From Novosphingobium sp. (lineage in GTDB: Bacteria; Pseudomonadota; Alphaproteobacteria; Sphingomonadales; Sphingomonadaceae), in the NCBI RefSeq assembly GCF_019748365.1, contig NZ_JAIEPN010000035.1:46911-110910 (forward strand): DNA of 64,000 bases, read 5' to 3'. The notes beneath the pieces were generated by a model. The model ran no database searches, was not told where the DNA came from, and worked only from the letters and a program-made list of their open reading frames with translations. This document shows, piece by piece, positions 1 to 9,740 of the stretch. The number at the start of each line of letters is the position of its first letter. Position 1 is the stretch's first letter. The translations under genes and the position numbers were made by a program.

Positions 1-108
1 GGCTCGGCGGGGGTGCGGCTGTTCAACGTCTCAGGCGGCGAACAGGTGGTGAGCGCCGTGCGTCTGGCCGAGGAAGAGGGCGAGCCAGAAGCGGAAGCTG
101 AAGCGTGA
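1..108 (+). CDS. gyrA: 3' end of a gene running in from the left edge, probably DNA gyrase subunit A
   Basis: Frame 1 reads GSAGVRLFNVSGGEQVVSAVRLAEEEGEPEAEAEA*, resembling the last GyrA beta-pinwheel repeat plus acidic tail; only 35 aa visible. Confidence 0.55.
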   Translation, partial: GSAGVRLFNVSGGEQVVSAVRLAEEEGEPEAEAEA

Positions 109-449
109 GCCAGCTTGAGGTTGTCGCCTACAAGGTCCTGACCGCCGGGCAGATGGACATTCTGCTGCGGGACGGCGTGTTTGCCGGTGCGCCGATCGAT
201 CTGGCGGATGGCTACATTCATCTGTCTACCGCAGAGCAGGTTACCGAAACCGTAAACAAGCACTTTGCCGGGCAGACCGATCTTCATGTCGCGGCGGTGG
301 ACCTTGCGGCGCTGGGCGATGCGGTGAAGTGGGAGCCTTCGCGCGGGGGGCAGCTGTTCCCGCATGTCTACGCAGCACTGCCGCTGAGCGCGGTGACGGC
401 GCATGGGCCGCTGGCGCGCGGGAGCGACGGGGCGGTCGTCCTGCCCTGA
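105..449 (+). CDS. DUF952 family protein
   Basis: Motifs AYKVLT, DLADGYIHLST, GGQLFPHVYAALP; GTGA overlap with upstream stop. Confidence 0.85.
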   Translation: MSQLEVVAYKVLTAGQMDILLRDGVFAGAPIDLADGYIHLSTAEQVTETVNKHFAGQTDLHVAAVDLAALGDAVKWEPSRGGQLFPHVYAALPLSAVTAHGPLARGSDGAVVLP

Positions 450-462
450 AAGCACCAACCCT

Positions 463-544
463 CGTCATTCCCGCGAAGGCGGGAATCCAGGGCCCGAAAG
501 CACAGCGCTAGCCGCTCTGGATTCCCGCCTTCGCGGGAATGACG
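463..544. repeat. REP-like palindromic element
   Basis: Perfect 28-bp inverted repeat CGTCATTCCCGCGAAGGCGGGAATCCAG (463-490) / CTGGATTCCCGCCTTCGCGGGAATGACG (517-544) between convergent genes. Confidence 0.9.
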
Positions 545-547
545 AAG

Positions 548-1204
548 CTAGGGTGCAAAGAACTGCCCCCTGCGCCGCAGCGCGCCGATCACGCCGACAG
601 TGATGAGGAACTGGCCGAAATAGTAGAGCGGCCAGACCAGCAGGTGCGGGATTGCGCTCTCTGCCAGCGGCCCCATGCGCGCGAAGATCAGCAGGTCGGA
701 TAGCGCAAACATCGCGGCACCCAGCGCAACCCGCCGGCGCGGGAAGTCGCTGGCGAAGGCGGCAGCCGCCATGCCGCCGAGGCCAAATGCATAGAGCGCG
801 ACTTCCGGCCGCCGCGTCAGCTCGAAACTGAGAAAGGGAATGATAAGCAACAGGGCTGCCGTTACAGCGCGCTCCGCCGTGGGCATCACCTGACGCTGGT
901 GCTTGCGGTAGAGCGCGATGGCCATGAGGTGCCCAAGCACGAACGCCAACGCCCCAAAGGTAAAGTCCACTTCAAGTATCATGTCGCCCAGCGCGCCGAG
1001 CGCCATGACGAGCGCGATGCGGTGCGCGTCCGCCACCGGGTGGTGGCGCCAGGCGTAGACGGCAAGCAGGCCGACCCCCGCCCCTTTCCACAGGATGAGG
1101 TAGAGGCCGGGTATCCAGCTGCCCGCGACGAACCAGTAGCTGATCCCTGCGACGAGGCTGGCGAGCAGCCACGGACGTTGTTCGATCAAGGCGCGCTGCG
1201 GCAT
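548..1204 (-). CDS. YhhN / lysoplasmalogenase family membrane protein
   Basis: Start moved to MPQRALIEQRP; multi-TM; motifs WKGAGV, GALGDMIL, FALSDLLI, LYYFGQ. Confidence 0.8.
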   Translation of the reverse strand: MPQRALIEQRPWLLASLVAGISYWFVAGSWIPGLYLILWKGAGVGLLAVYAWRHHPVADAHRIALVMALGALGDMILEVDFTFGALAFVLGHLMAIALYRKHQRQVMPTAERAVTAALLLIIPFLSFELTRRPEVALYAFGLGGMAAAAFASDFPRRRVALGAAMFALSDLLIFARMGPLAESAIPHLLVWPLYYFGQFLITVGVIGALRRRGQFFAP

Positions 1205-1270
1205 GGCCTCCCCTTCCCTTGCGGTCCCTAGGGCTTGCGAGGGGCGGGGCGCAATGCCAATGCGCATTGC

Positions 1271-2641
1271 ATGACGCATCAGGTTCACATCATCGGCGGC
1301 GGCATGGCCGGAAGCGAGGCGGCGTGGCAGCTGGCGCGGCGCGGCATCCGCGTGCGGCTTTCGGAAATGCGCGGAGGCGGCGACAGCACGGCAGCGCACA
1401 ACAGCGATGGTCTGGCGGAGCTTGTGTGTTCCAACTCGTTTCGTTCGGACGATGACGAGAAGAACGCGGTCGGCCTGCTGCACTACGAGATGCGCCAGTG
1501 CGACAGCCTGCTGATGACGGCGGCGGCCAAGGCGCGGGTTCCGGCAGGCTCGGCACTTGCGGTCGACCGCGATGTGTTTTCGGCGGAAGTGGAGGCCATG
1601 CTGCGTGCGCAGCCGACGCTCGAGATCGTGCGCGAGCGGGTCGATGTGCTGCCAACCGATGGACTGACGATTGTCGCGACCGGTCCGCTCACCGCCCCTG
1701 CCCTCGCCACCAGCATCGGCGCGGCGACGGGCGCGGATGCCCTTGCCTTCTTCGATGCCATCGCCCCCATCGTCTACCGCGAGTCCATCAACATGGACGT
1801 CGCCTGGATGGCCTCGCGCTGGGACAAGGGGGCGGAAGCCAGCCTCGCGATGGGCGGCGACGGGCGCGACTACATCAATTGTCCGATGACGAAGGACCAG
1901 TACTTCGCCTTCCGCGAGGAGCTGCTCGCGGGCGAGAAGACCGAGTTCAAGGAATGGGAGGCCAGCACGCCCTACTTCGATGGCTGCATGCCGATCGAGG
2001 TCATGGCCGCGCGCGGGGTGGAGACCTTGCGCTTCGGGCCGATGAAGCCAGTGGGGCTCGACAACCCGCACTGGGCGACGGCCGAGCATCCGAACGGTCG
2101 CTGGCCTTACGCCGTGGTGCAATTACGGCAGGACAACAAGCTCGGCACCTTGTGGAACATGGTCGGCTTCCAGACCAAGCTGAAGCATGCCGAGCAGGTG
2201 CGCGTGTTCCGCACGATCCCGGGGCTGGAGCAGGCCGAGTTCGCGCGATTGGGCGGGCTGCACCGCAACACCTTCCTCAATTCGCCGACACTGCTGGACC
2301 GGCAACTGCGGCTGAAATCGGCGCCGCATATCCGCTTTGCCGGGCAGATCACCGGCTGCGAGGGCTATGTCGAAAGCGGTGCGGTGGGGCTGCTGGCAGG
2401 CTTGATGACGGCAGCGCAGCTGACCGGCCGCGACTGGACGCCGCCGCCGCGCACGTCCGCGCTGGGGGCGCTGCTGGCGCATATCACCGGGGATGCCGAG
2501 GCCGAGACCTATCAGCCGATGAACGTGAATTTCGGCCTGTTCCCGCCGCCGGATCCCTCGATCAGGAAGAAGCAGCGCAAGGAAGCCTATACGGCGCGGG
2601 CCAAGGTTGATCTGGCGGGGTGGCTGCCATTGGTGAGCTAA
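1271..2641 (+). CDS. trmFO: FADH2-oxidizing tRNA (uracil-54) methyltransferase TrmFO
   Basis: [59 protein letters not shown]. Confidence 0.95.
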   Translation: MTHQVHIIGGGMAGSEAAWQLARRGIRVRLSEMRGGGDSTAAHNSDGLAELVCSNSFRSDDDEKNAVGLLHYEMRQCDSLLMTAAAKARVPAGSALAVDRDVFSAEVEAMLRAQPTLEIVRERVDVLPTDGLTIVATGPLTAPALATSIGAATGADALAFFDAIAPIVYRESINMDVAWMASRWDKGAEASLAMGGDGRDYINCPMTKDQYFAFREELLAGEKTEFKEWEASTPYFDGCMPIEVMAARGVETLRFGPMKPVGLDNPHWATAEHPNGRWPYAVVQLRQDNKLGTLWNMVGFQTKLKHAEQVRVFRTIPGLEQAEFARLGGLHRNTFLNSPTLLDRQLRLKSAPHIRFAGQITGCEGYVESGAVGLLAGLMTAAQLTGRDWTPPPRTSALGALLAHITGDAEAETYQPMNVNFGLFPPPDPSIRKKQRKEAYTARAKVDLAGWLPLVS

Positions 2642-2648
2642 GGAGGGG

Positions 2649-2816
2649 TCACGCAGAGACGCGGAGAAAGTAGAGAGGCGCACAGCGGTTGCGTTTGCGG
2701 CGAAGCCGCTCTCTTTCACCAATCTATGGCGGGGGGCGAACCGGGTTGCAGAAAGCCTGCGGCGCCTCACTCTCTCCTTCTCTGCGTCTCCCTGCTTCCT
2801 CTGCGTCTCCGCGTGA
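2649..2816. repeat. Second, unrelated palindromic intergenic element
   Basis: Imperfect terminal inverted repeats TCACGCAGAGACGCGGAG ... CTCTGCGTCTCCGCGTGA, with an extra internal CTCTGCGTCTCC unit and a GCGGCGAAGCCGC hairpin. Confidence 0.65.
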
Positions 2817-2822
2817 ACCACT

Positions 2823-3287
2823 TCAACACTTGCAAGCAGGCTTCTTCGCCTTTTTCTGCTTTGTCGTCGCAAACTCCCCGCGGTTCAGGCTGCCGTCGCC
2901 GTTCTTGTCCGCGGCCTTGAAGCGGTTGTCTGTTGCGACGGACCATTCATCGAACGTCAGCAGGTTGTTGCCGTCGACATCGAGCTTGCGGAAATCCTTG
3001 ACGCGCGGGCTGACCATTTCGGTGCGGGTGATCTTGCCATCGCGGTTCTTGTCGAGCCGGTCGAAGCGCTTCTGCTCGCGCGTGGCTTCATTGGCTTCGG
3101 GGAGGCCGGGGCCGATGGCATCGCCGGCTTCGGAATCGGGCAGTGCCTCCTCGGCAGCAGCCGCCGAGGCAAGCGCGAGTTGGGTCGGCGCCGATGGGGG
3201 CGAGACGGCCGCGCGGCCCTGCCACCAGAACAGGCCCGAGGCCATGAGCAGCAGCGCGCCAAGCGCGCCCACGAGCATTCGGTTCAT
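2823..3287 (-). CDS. Exported/membrane-anchored EF-hand protein
   Basis: N-terminal hydrophobic segment MNRMLVGALGALLL; EF-hand loops DKNRDGKIT, DVDGNNLLT, DKNGDGSLN. Confidence 0.8.
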   Translation of the reverse strand: MNRMLVGALGALLLMASGLFWWQGRAAVSPPSAPTQLALASAAAAEEALPDSEAGDAIGPGLPEANEATREQKRFDRLDKNRDGKITRTEMVSPRVKDFRKLDVDGNNLLTFDEWSVATDNRFKAADKNGDGSLNRGEFATTKQKKAKKPACKC

Positions 3288-3376
3288 TGCTGGGCCTCCC
3301 CTGGGGGTACAATCCTCAGGATAAGCTGCAAGGCGCCCATGCGGCAGGGGCAAGTCCTGCCATTTTGGTCAGAGAT

Positions 3377-3958
3377 TCAGCGCCCGATCAGGCCGATGCG
3401 GAGAATGGCGAGGAAATCGCGCAAGGGGCCGCCCGGACGGCTTGCCGCTTCGCGCAAGGCCATACCGCGCAGGATCACCAGCGGGCGCAGGGTTCCCGGA
3501 ACAATAGGTGTGCGACCCTCGGCGGGTTCAAGCCCCAGCCATTCGGCCGCGGCGCGGCGGATGCTCTCGCCGGGGCGCACGCCGCTGAGGCGCGCGAGGG
3601 CGCAGACCGCCTCGAGACGTGCCTTGCCGAGCTCTGCGCCGCCATCTTCGCCGACGATGCGGGCTTCCCAGCCATCGACCAACCCGCGCAGCGCCGCGCG
3701 TTCGGCATCCCATGCGCGGAGCAAGGCCAGCAACGGCTCACCCAACGGCCATTCGGCGACAGACTGATCGAACCGGTCGCGCCACCAGGCGAGGCGCAGC
3801 TGGATCATCAGCGGATCGCGCCCCTCACGCGCAGCATCGGCAAGCCGCCGGTCGAGCAGAAGGAAGCCCTCCCACAGCGCCTGATAGCGGCGCGGTGCAT
3901 AGAGCACCGCGAGCCGTTCAGGGGGGCTGAGTTCGATATCGCCTGCAGCAGACTCCAT
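3377..3958 (-). CDS. Squalene/phytoene synthase-like protein (degenerate)
   Basis: MIQLRLAWWRDR motif typical of this alphaproteobacterial family; follows pdhB by 4 nt. Confidence 0.55.
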   Translation of the reverse strand: MESAAGDIELSPPERLAVLYAPRRYQALWEGFLLLDRRLADAAREGRDPLMIQLRLAWWRDRFDQSVAEWPLGEPLLALLRAWDAERAALRGLVDGWEARIVGEDGGAELGKARLEAVCALARLSGVRPGESIRRAAAEWLGLEPAEGRTPIVPGTLRPLVILRGMALREAASRPGGPLRDFLAILRIGLIGR

Positions 3959-3962
3959 CAGA

Positions 3963-5318
3963 TCAGCGGTAGCAGACCTTCTTAACCGCCGCGATCACGC
4001 GCGCCGTATCGACCAGCGCGAGCTTCTCGAGGTTGGCGGCATAGGGCAGAGGGACGTCTTCATTGCAGACGCGCAGGACTGGGGCATCGAGGTGATCGAA
4101 GCCTTCTTCCATCGCGATGCCGATGATCTCCGAGGCGATCGAACAGAGCGGGAAGCCTTCCTCGACCACGACCATGCGGTTGGTGCGCGACAGGCTTTCG
4201 AGCACGGCGGCCTTGTCGAGCGGGCGCAGGGTGCGCAGATCGAGCACTTCGGCCTCGATGCCTTCGGCGGCGAGCTTTTCAGCGGCTTCGAGTGCGAGGC
4301 CGACGCCGATCGAATAGCTGACGATGGTGACATCGCGCCCGGCACGCATGGTGCGCGCCTTGCCGATGGGCACGGTGTAATCATCGAGCGCCGGCACATC
4401 GAAGCTTCGGCCGTAGACCAGTTCGTTCTCGAGGAAGACGACCGGGTCCTCGCTGCGGATTGCGGACTTCAGGAGGCCCTTGGCGTCGGCCGCATCATAA
4501 GGTGCGATGACGATAAGGCCGGGGACCGAGGCGTACCACGGCGCATAGTTCTGGCTGTGCTGCGCGCCGACGCGCGCGGCTGCGCCGTTGGGGCCGCGGA
4601 ACACGATCGGGCAACGCATCTGGCCGCCCGACATATAGTTGGTCTTGGCCGCCGAATTGATGATGTGGTCGATCGCCTGCATGGCGAAGTTGAACGTCAT
4701 GAACTCGATGATCGGACGCAGACCGCCCATGGCCGCGCCGGTGCCGATGCCGGCAAAGCCGTATTCAGTGATCGGCGTATCGATCACGCGGCGCGGACCG
4801 AATTCCTCGAGCAGACCCTGCGTGACCTTGTAGGCGCCCTGATATTCGGCGACTTCCTCGCCCATCACGAAGACGCGGTCGTCAGCGCGCATTTCCTCGG
4901 CCATCGCATCGCGCAAGGCTTCGCGGACCGTGGTGGGGGTCATGGTGGTGCCGGCGGGAACCGGCGCAGGAGCGGGAGCGGCGACGGGCGCGGGCGCCGG
5001 TGGTGGTGCGGCCATGACCGGAGCGGGAGCCGGAGCCGGGGCAGCGACGGCCGCGGGTGCGGGCGCGGCAGGTTCGTCATCGCCGGTGATCGTGGCGATC
5101 ACCGTGCCGACTTTCACGCCTTCGGTGCCTTCGGCCACCATCAGCGCGCCGATAACGCCTTCGTCGACCGCCTCGAATTCCATCGTGGCCTTGTCGGTCT
5201 CGATCTCGGCGAGAATGTCGCCGGACTTCACGGTATCGCCGGGCTTGACCAGCCACTTGGCGAGAGTGCCTTCCTCCATCGTCGGGGAAAGCGCGGGCAT
5301 CTTCAGATCGATCGCCAT
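3963..5318 (-). CDS. pdhB: Pyruvate dehydrogenase E1 beta subunit with N-terminal lipoyl domain
   Basis: [19 protein letters not shown] lipoyl motif, Ala/Pro linker, [23 protein letters not shown]. Confidence 0.95.
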   Translation of the reverse strand: MAIDLKMPALSPTMEEGTLAKWLVKPGDTVKSGDILAEIETDKATMEFEAVDEGVIGALMVAEGTEGVKVGTVIATITGDDEPAAPAPAAVAAPAPAPAPVMAAPPPAPAPVAAPAPAPVPAGTTMTPTTVREALRDAMAEEMRADDRVFVMGEEVAEYQGAYKVTQGLLEEFGPRRVIDTPITEYGFAGIGTGAAMGGLRPIIEFMTFNFAMQAIDHIINSAAKTNYMSGGQMRCPIVFRGPNGAAARVGAQHSQNYAPWYASVPGLIVIAPYDAADAKGLLKSAIRSEDPVVFLENELVYGRSFDVPALDDYTVPIGKARTMRAGRDVTIVSYSIGVGLALEAAEKLAAEGIEAEVLDLRTLRPLDKAAVLESLSRTNRMVVVEEGFPLCSIASEIIGIAMEEGFDHLDAPVLRVCNEDVPLPYAANLEKLALVDTARVIAAVKKVCYR

Positions 5319-5319
5319 G

Positions 5320-6432
5320 TCAGTAGGTCCCCACCAGCACGTCGGTATAGAGTTCGGCAGGTGCCGGTTCGGGTGAGCTTTCGGCGAAATCGGCCGCTTC
5401 GGAGACGATTGCACGGATCTTCTTGTCGATCGCCTTGATCGCATCCTCGCTCACGCCCCGGCGCAGCAGATCCTGCTTGGCGCCTTCGATGGGATCGTGG
5501 TGGTCGCGCATTTCCTGCACTTCCTCGCGGCTGCGATACTTGGCCGGGTCGGACATCGAGTGGCCGCGGTAGCGATAGGTGTTGAGCTCCATCAGCACCG
5601 GGCCATTGCCGGCGCGGACATATTCAAGCGCGACTTCGGCAGCTGCCCGCACTTCGAGCACGTCCATGCCGTTGACGTCCATGCCGGGGATGCGGAAGCC
5701 CGTGCCGCGGCGATGGAAATGCGTTTCAGCCGAGCCGCGCTTGACCGCGGTGCCCATGGCGTAGCCGTTGTTCTCGACCACGAAGACGATGGGCAGCTGC
5801 CACAGGGCGGCCATGTTGAAGGTTTCGTAGACCTGGCCCTGGTTGGCCGCGCCGTCACCGAAATAGGCCATGCACACGCCGCCATCGCCGCGATACTTGT
5901 GCGCGAAGGCAAGCCCGGCACCGAGCGGCACTTGCGCGCCGACGATGCCGTGGCCGCCGTAGAACTTGTGGTCGGTCGAGAACATGTGCATCGAGCCGCC
6001 CTTGCCGCGGCTGATGCCCGCGCCGCGCCCGGTCAGCTCGGCCATGATCACCTTGGGATCGATGCCGTAGGCCAGCATGTGTCCGTGATCGCGGTAGCCG
6101 GTGATGACGCTGTCGTGGCCTTCCTTGAGCGCCGACTGCAGCCCGACGGCAACCGCTTCCTGGCCGATGTAGAGGTGGCAGAAGCCGCCGATCAGGCCGA
6201 GGCCGTAAAGCTGGCCAGCCTTCTCCTCGAAGCGGCGAATCAGCACCATCTGCTCGTAGAAGTGAAGCAGTTCCTCGTCGCTCGCGTCATAGCGCTTGTT
6301 GTTGGCGTGGGCCTGCTGGAGGCTGCGCAGTGCGAAGGTAGCTTCATCCTCGGGAGCGGTGGCCGGAGCGGCCGGCGACTTTGCCGCTTTGGTTACGCGC
6401 GGCTTGGCGGGCGACTTGGCTGTCTGGGCCAA
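5320..6432 (-). CDS. pdhA: Pyruvate dehydrogenase E1 alpha subunit
   Basis: [34 protein letters not shown] motif, [11 protein letters not shown]; TTG start inferred. Confidence 0.93.
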   Translation of the reverse strand: MAQTAKSPAKPRVTKAAKSPAAPATAPEDEATFALRSLQQAHANNKRYDASDEELLHFYEQMVLIRRFEEKAGQLYGLGLIGGFCHLYIGQEAVAVGLQSALKEGHDSVITGYRDHGHMLAYGIDPKVIMAELTGRGAGISRGKGGSMHMFSTDHKFYGGHGIVGAQVPLGAGLAFAHKYRGDGGVCMAYFGDGAANQGQVYETFNMAALWQLPIVFVVENNGYAMGTAVKRGSAETHFHRRGTGFRIPGMDVNGMDVLEVRAAAEVALEYVRAGNGPVLMELNTYRYRGHSMSDPAKYRSREEVQEMRDHHDPIEGAKQDLLRRGVSEDAIKAIDKKIRAIVSEAADFAESSPEPAPAELYTDVLVGTY

Positions 6433-6657
6433 TGCAGTGGTTCCTTGTCTGGCAGCCTGGGGAGGGCAGATGTCATGACAGCACCCCGTCTCAGAGGAGC
6501 GCCACAAGCGCCGCTATAGGACCAAGTGCCTGAAATCCGCAACGGCCAAGGCTTCCCGCGCGCGGCTTTCGTATACCTATTCGACGGGTATGCCGGCGCG
6601 GTTACGCACACGACCAAGCTGCAGCAAGGAAGCGCAACAACCAGCGATGTGGGGAAA

Positions 6658-6734
6658 TGGCGCACCCGGAACGATTCGAACGTCCGACCCTCAGATTCGT
6701 AGTCTGATGCTCTATCCAGCTGAGCTACGGGTGC
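6658..6734 (-). tRNA. tRNA-Arg (ACG)
   Basis: Reverse complement GCACCCGTAGCTCAGCTGGATAGAGCATCAGACTACGAATCTGAGGGTCGGACGTTCGAATCGTTCCGGGTGCGCCA; cloverleaf, ACG anticodon, encoded CCA. Confidence 0.97.
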
Positions 6735-6777
6735 GTGGAAGCGCGCCTCTATAGCCGCCTACCGGGCTTGGCAACCC

Positions 6778-7206
6778 CTAATGCAGGTTTTTTAGATGGC
6801 GCTGCAACGCGGCGGCCAGCGGCACATCGAGCGGCGGCATCGGTAGTGCCACCAGCGCCTCGGCGTTCAGCCATTGCAGCTCGCTCCCCGGCTCGGGCAC
6901 GGGCGTGCCTTCCCAGCATCGGCAGGTGTAGAGCAGAAGCACCAGCGGGCGCGCACCTTCGCCTTCAGGATTGGCGGCAAACATCAGTGGGACCATATCC
7001 GCAGCCCGTATGGTGACCGACAGCTCCTCTGAAATCTCCCGGACGAGTGCAGCTGCAGGCCCCTCCCCCGGCTCGACCTTTCCACCGGGAAACTCCCAGA
7101 GCCCGCCGTGGGCCCGCGTCTCGGGTCGGCGCTGCATCAGCACGCGATCGGAAGTGTCGAGAAGCGCCAGCGCCACGACGACAAGCAGCGTCGGCTTCGT
7201 TTCCAT
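6778..7206 (-). CDS. mutT: MutT-like NUDIX hydrolase
   Basis: Nudix box WEFPGGKVEPGEGPAAALVREISEEL. Confidence 0.8.
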   Translation of the reverse strand: METKPTLLVVVALALLDTSDRVLMQRRPETRAHGGLWEFPGGKVEPGEGPAAALVREISEELSVTIRAADMVPLMFAANPEGEGARPLVLLLYTCRCWEGTPVPEPGSELQWLNAEALVALPMPPLDVPLAAALQRHLKNLH

Positions 7207-7285
7207 ACTTAGGCAGTCCGTTTATCTATTGTTAGCCCTGCTGGCCTTATAGTCAGTAAAGACGCGGACAGGGGAACTCCGATTG

Positions 7286-7462
7286 ATGTGGGACTATGTC
7301 CGCAAGCCACTGGTGGATGACACCGGTGCTACCGCCATCGAGTATGGCTTGCTCATCGGCGTCATTGCAATGACGATGTTCATTGGCATGAACGCATTCG
7401 TGAACTCGCTGCATTTCATGTACAACACGATCGACACAAACCTGGTGAAGGCCAAAAAGTAG
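7286..7462 (+). CDS. Flp family type IVb pilin (divergent copy; absent from ORF track)
   Basis: Hand translation MWDYVRKPLVDDTG|ATAIEYGLLIGVIAMTMFIGMNAFVNSLHFMYNTIDTNLVKAKK*; Flp motif; GGGGAA RBS-like upstream. Confidence 0.85.
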   Translation: MWDYVRKPLVDDTGATAIEYGLLIGVIAMTMFIGMNAFVNSLHFMYNTIDTNLVKAKK

Positions 7463-7677
7463 GCCTTCCGGCGTATGATCGCCTTCTGCCTAACGGGAAA
7501 CGCCTACCCGGACCGACGCAGACATCAGCAAAGCCAGCAACAATTCAAGATAATGCGTCTTTACGATTTCGCAGGGAATGCCGGATATTTTGACACTGGC
7601 AATTTCGTGTGGCCGGGGGGTCGCAGGAGCGAAAGAGCAGGACAGCGGCGCCAGTCGCTATGTGGAGGACCATTCGT

Positions 7678-7866
7678 ATGACACTTCTCAAGACGCTTCT
7701 TCGGGACGAAGAAGGCGCCACGGCCATCGAATACGGCCTGATTGCCGCCCTGATCGCGGTTGCCGCGATCACCGCCATGGGCGCGCTGGGCAACTCGCTT
7801 TCGAACACCTTTACGCAAGTTTCCACCAAGATGAACAACGCCGCAGACGGCAAGGGTCCGTTCTAA
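7678..7866 (+). CDS. Flp family type IVb pilin (canonical PilA-like)
   Basis: MTLLKTLLRDEEG|ATAIEYGLIAALIAVA; GGAGGA RBS. Confidence 0.93.
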   Translation: MTLLKTLLRDEEGATAIEYGLIAALIAVAAITAMGALGNSLSNTFTQVSTKMNNAADGKGPF

Positions 7867-7898
7867 GGACTCTACCAATCCGGTTGCCCGGTCGAATG

Positions 7899-7928
7899 CG
7901 GGAGCGTGGTTCGCTGCGCTCCCGTTTT
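7899..7928 (+). terminator. Rho-independent terminator after second pilin
   Basis: CGGGAGCGTGG-TTCG-CTGCGCTCCCG followed by TTTT. Confidence 0.7.
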
Positions 7929-8042
7929 CGTATGTGTGGCAGGGAACGCCGGTCAAAACACAGAAACAGCAGCCGGTAACGGCCAGACTGCCGCCTGATT
8001 CCGGTTGTTGCTCTGGGCGCCTCCCCGATCAGGCGCAGGCCC

Positions 8043-9518
8043 TCAATAGACGATCAGTTTGACCCGCGAACCCGGCACGAGCGCGGTTTGCGCAGACATC
8101 GAATTGAGCACGAGAAACCGGTCGAGCGGGCGGTCGTCGTAGGCCATGCGCCGCGCGAGCGACTGCACGGTGTCGCCTTTCTTGACAGTCACCACCATCA
8201 GCCGCCGTGCCCGCACGGCACCGGCCTCGCCAATGGTGATGCGCCGCATCGACGAAAACATCGGATCGAAGGTGCTGGCCTGGCCGGCCGCACTGATCGT
8301 GGTAAAGTGGAATGCCTGCCCTGCCCCCCAGGCATAGGCGAAGACGACGACATCGCGCGCACCGTCGCTGGTGTTGACGCGAGTCATGCCATAGGCCGCC
8401 GGGATGCCGTTGACCGTGGTCGTGCGGACATCGTCGGGCGCAATGCGCTGCTGATCGGAAAGGCCGGCGAAGACGGCGCGGACATAGGCATCGAGATTGC
8501 CCGAATAGGGCGCCGTGGACATCTCCCCTTTCCCCGACTGGCCGCTGATCGAAACCGAGCGCGTGCCGTTGACGAGGTAGAAGCCCTGCGGAGCCTGGAA
8601 GCTCAGGCGGAAGCCCGGGTGGACGAACTTGCGCCCACTGACCACGCCCTGCTTGGGATCATCGCCATAGGTTATGCCGTCGACGCGGGTGAGGAAGAGA
8701 TCGCGGTTGGTCATGCCGCGCGCGTTCGGGCCGGCCAGCGCGAGCGCCGCTGTGACGCGCGAGGCGGGATCGGGGTGGGTGCTCGCCCATTCCGGCACTT
8801 TGTCGGCGGTTCCGGTGAGCTGGGCATCGAGCGCGGTCTGTTGCGCAAGGCTGCGCAGCACGGTGCCCATGGCACGCGGATCGTACCCGGCGCGCTTCAG
8901 ATAGGTGACACCTAGCGAATCGGCCTCGGTCTCCTGCCCGCGCGAATAACGCAAGGTGAGCAGCTGGCTGCCGGTGGAGAAGATCTTCTGCCCCAGCTGG
9001 CCGAGCGCCGAATTGCCGAGCACTGCACCCGCCAGCACCGAGCCGAGCACGCCAAGCACCGTGTTGCGCGTCGCCGCACTCTGCCGCTTCTGCGAATGGC
9101 GCGCGGCGACATGGCCGACTTCGTGGCCGAGCACGCCGGCGAGCTCTGCCTCATTGTTCATCAGCGCGACAAGCTGGCGCGTGACGTAGACATAGCCTCC
9201 CGGAATGGCGAAGGCATTGTTCACGGGCGAATTGAGCAGCGTCACGGTAAAGTCGCTGCGCGCATTGCCGAGCCCGGACTGGAGCGCAATCGTCTTGCCG
9301 ACGCTTTCGACATAGGTCGCCTGCGGCCCGGTCAAGCCGCCGCCGAACTCGGCGAGGAGTTGCGGATGAGCCTTGGCGCCCTGCGCCTTGTCGGCCGCGC
9401 TGATCGTGGCGACAGTGCCTTGCGCGCCGGCGCTTGTGGTCGGCACCGCAGGCCCCGCAAGCACGAGGCCGCCAGCCCCGGCAGCCAGCAGGAACGCGCG
9501 AAACGGGCGAATGGTCAT
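8043..9518 (-). CDS. M48 family (BepA/YfgC-like) metalloprotease with C-terminal LysM-like region
   Basis: Signal peptide; NAFAIPGGYVYV, HEVGH zincin motif, QETEAD, STHP; C-terminal VKKGDTVQSLA. Confidence 0.85.
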   Translation of the reverse strand: MTIRPFRAFLLAAGAGGLVLAGPAVPTTSAGAQGTVATISAADKAQGAKAHPQLLAEFGGGLTGPQATYVESVGKTIALQSGLGNARSDFTVTLLNSPVNNAFAIPGGYVYVTRQLVALMNNEAELAGVLGHEVGHVAARHSQKRQSAATRNTVLGVLGSVLAGAVLGNSALGQLGQKIFSTGSQLLTLRYSRGQETEADSLGVTYLKRAGYDPRAMGTVLRSLAQQTALDAQLTGTADKVPEWASTHPDPASRVTAALALAGPNARGMTNRDLFLTRVDGITYGDDPKQGVVSGRKFVHPGFRLSFQAPQGFYLVNGTRSVSISGQSGKGEMSTAPYSGNLDAYVRAVFAGLSDQQRIAPDDVRTTTVNGIPAAYGMTRVNTSDGARDVVVFAYAWGAGQAFHFTTISAAGQASTFDPMFSSMRRITIGEAGAVRARRLMVVTVKKGDTVQSLARRMAYDDRPLDRFLVLNSMSAQTALVPGSRVKLIVY

Positions 9519-9649
9519 AGTCTCTCCCCTGCGCCAGCCAGAGCCTTGCCCGATCCGGCGATGACGTCAGGCTAACCTAGCCTTGCCTGCTCCGGCAAGA
9601 CCAGAGGCTTCTGACCCCGGATGATCGGATCAGGCAACGTCGCTCTCCG

Positions 9650-9735
9650 AAAATGGGGACAGTCCCCATTTTTGGAAGCATCACTTGGGCGCGTGAAACG
9701 TTTTAAGATCAAAAAGATAAAAGGGGACTGTCCCT
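9650..9735. repeat. GGGGACAGTCCCC-type paired palindromes
   Basis: AAAATGGGGACAGTCCCCATTTT at 9650-9672 and inverted partner AAGGGGACTGTCCCT at 9721-9735 around an AT-rich spacer. Confidence 0.7.
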
Positions 9736-9740
9736 GTTAT

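Noticed and set aside
4950-5080. GC-rich short tandem-like repeats
   Set aside because: They encode the ordinary Ala/Pro linker of PdhB; irregular, not a CRISPR array or VNTR
6571-6582. GTATACCTATTC upstream of pdhA as a fourth LacI operator; TGTCATGACA palindrome at 6471-6480
   Set aside because: The first has 2-3 mismatches, including the central CG; the second is short and single; neither is distinguishable from chance
6658-6734. tRNA-Arg as a possible integration site
   Set aside because: No integrase, no duplicated 3' tRNA fragment seen, and the flanks are housekeeping genes
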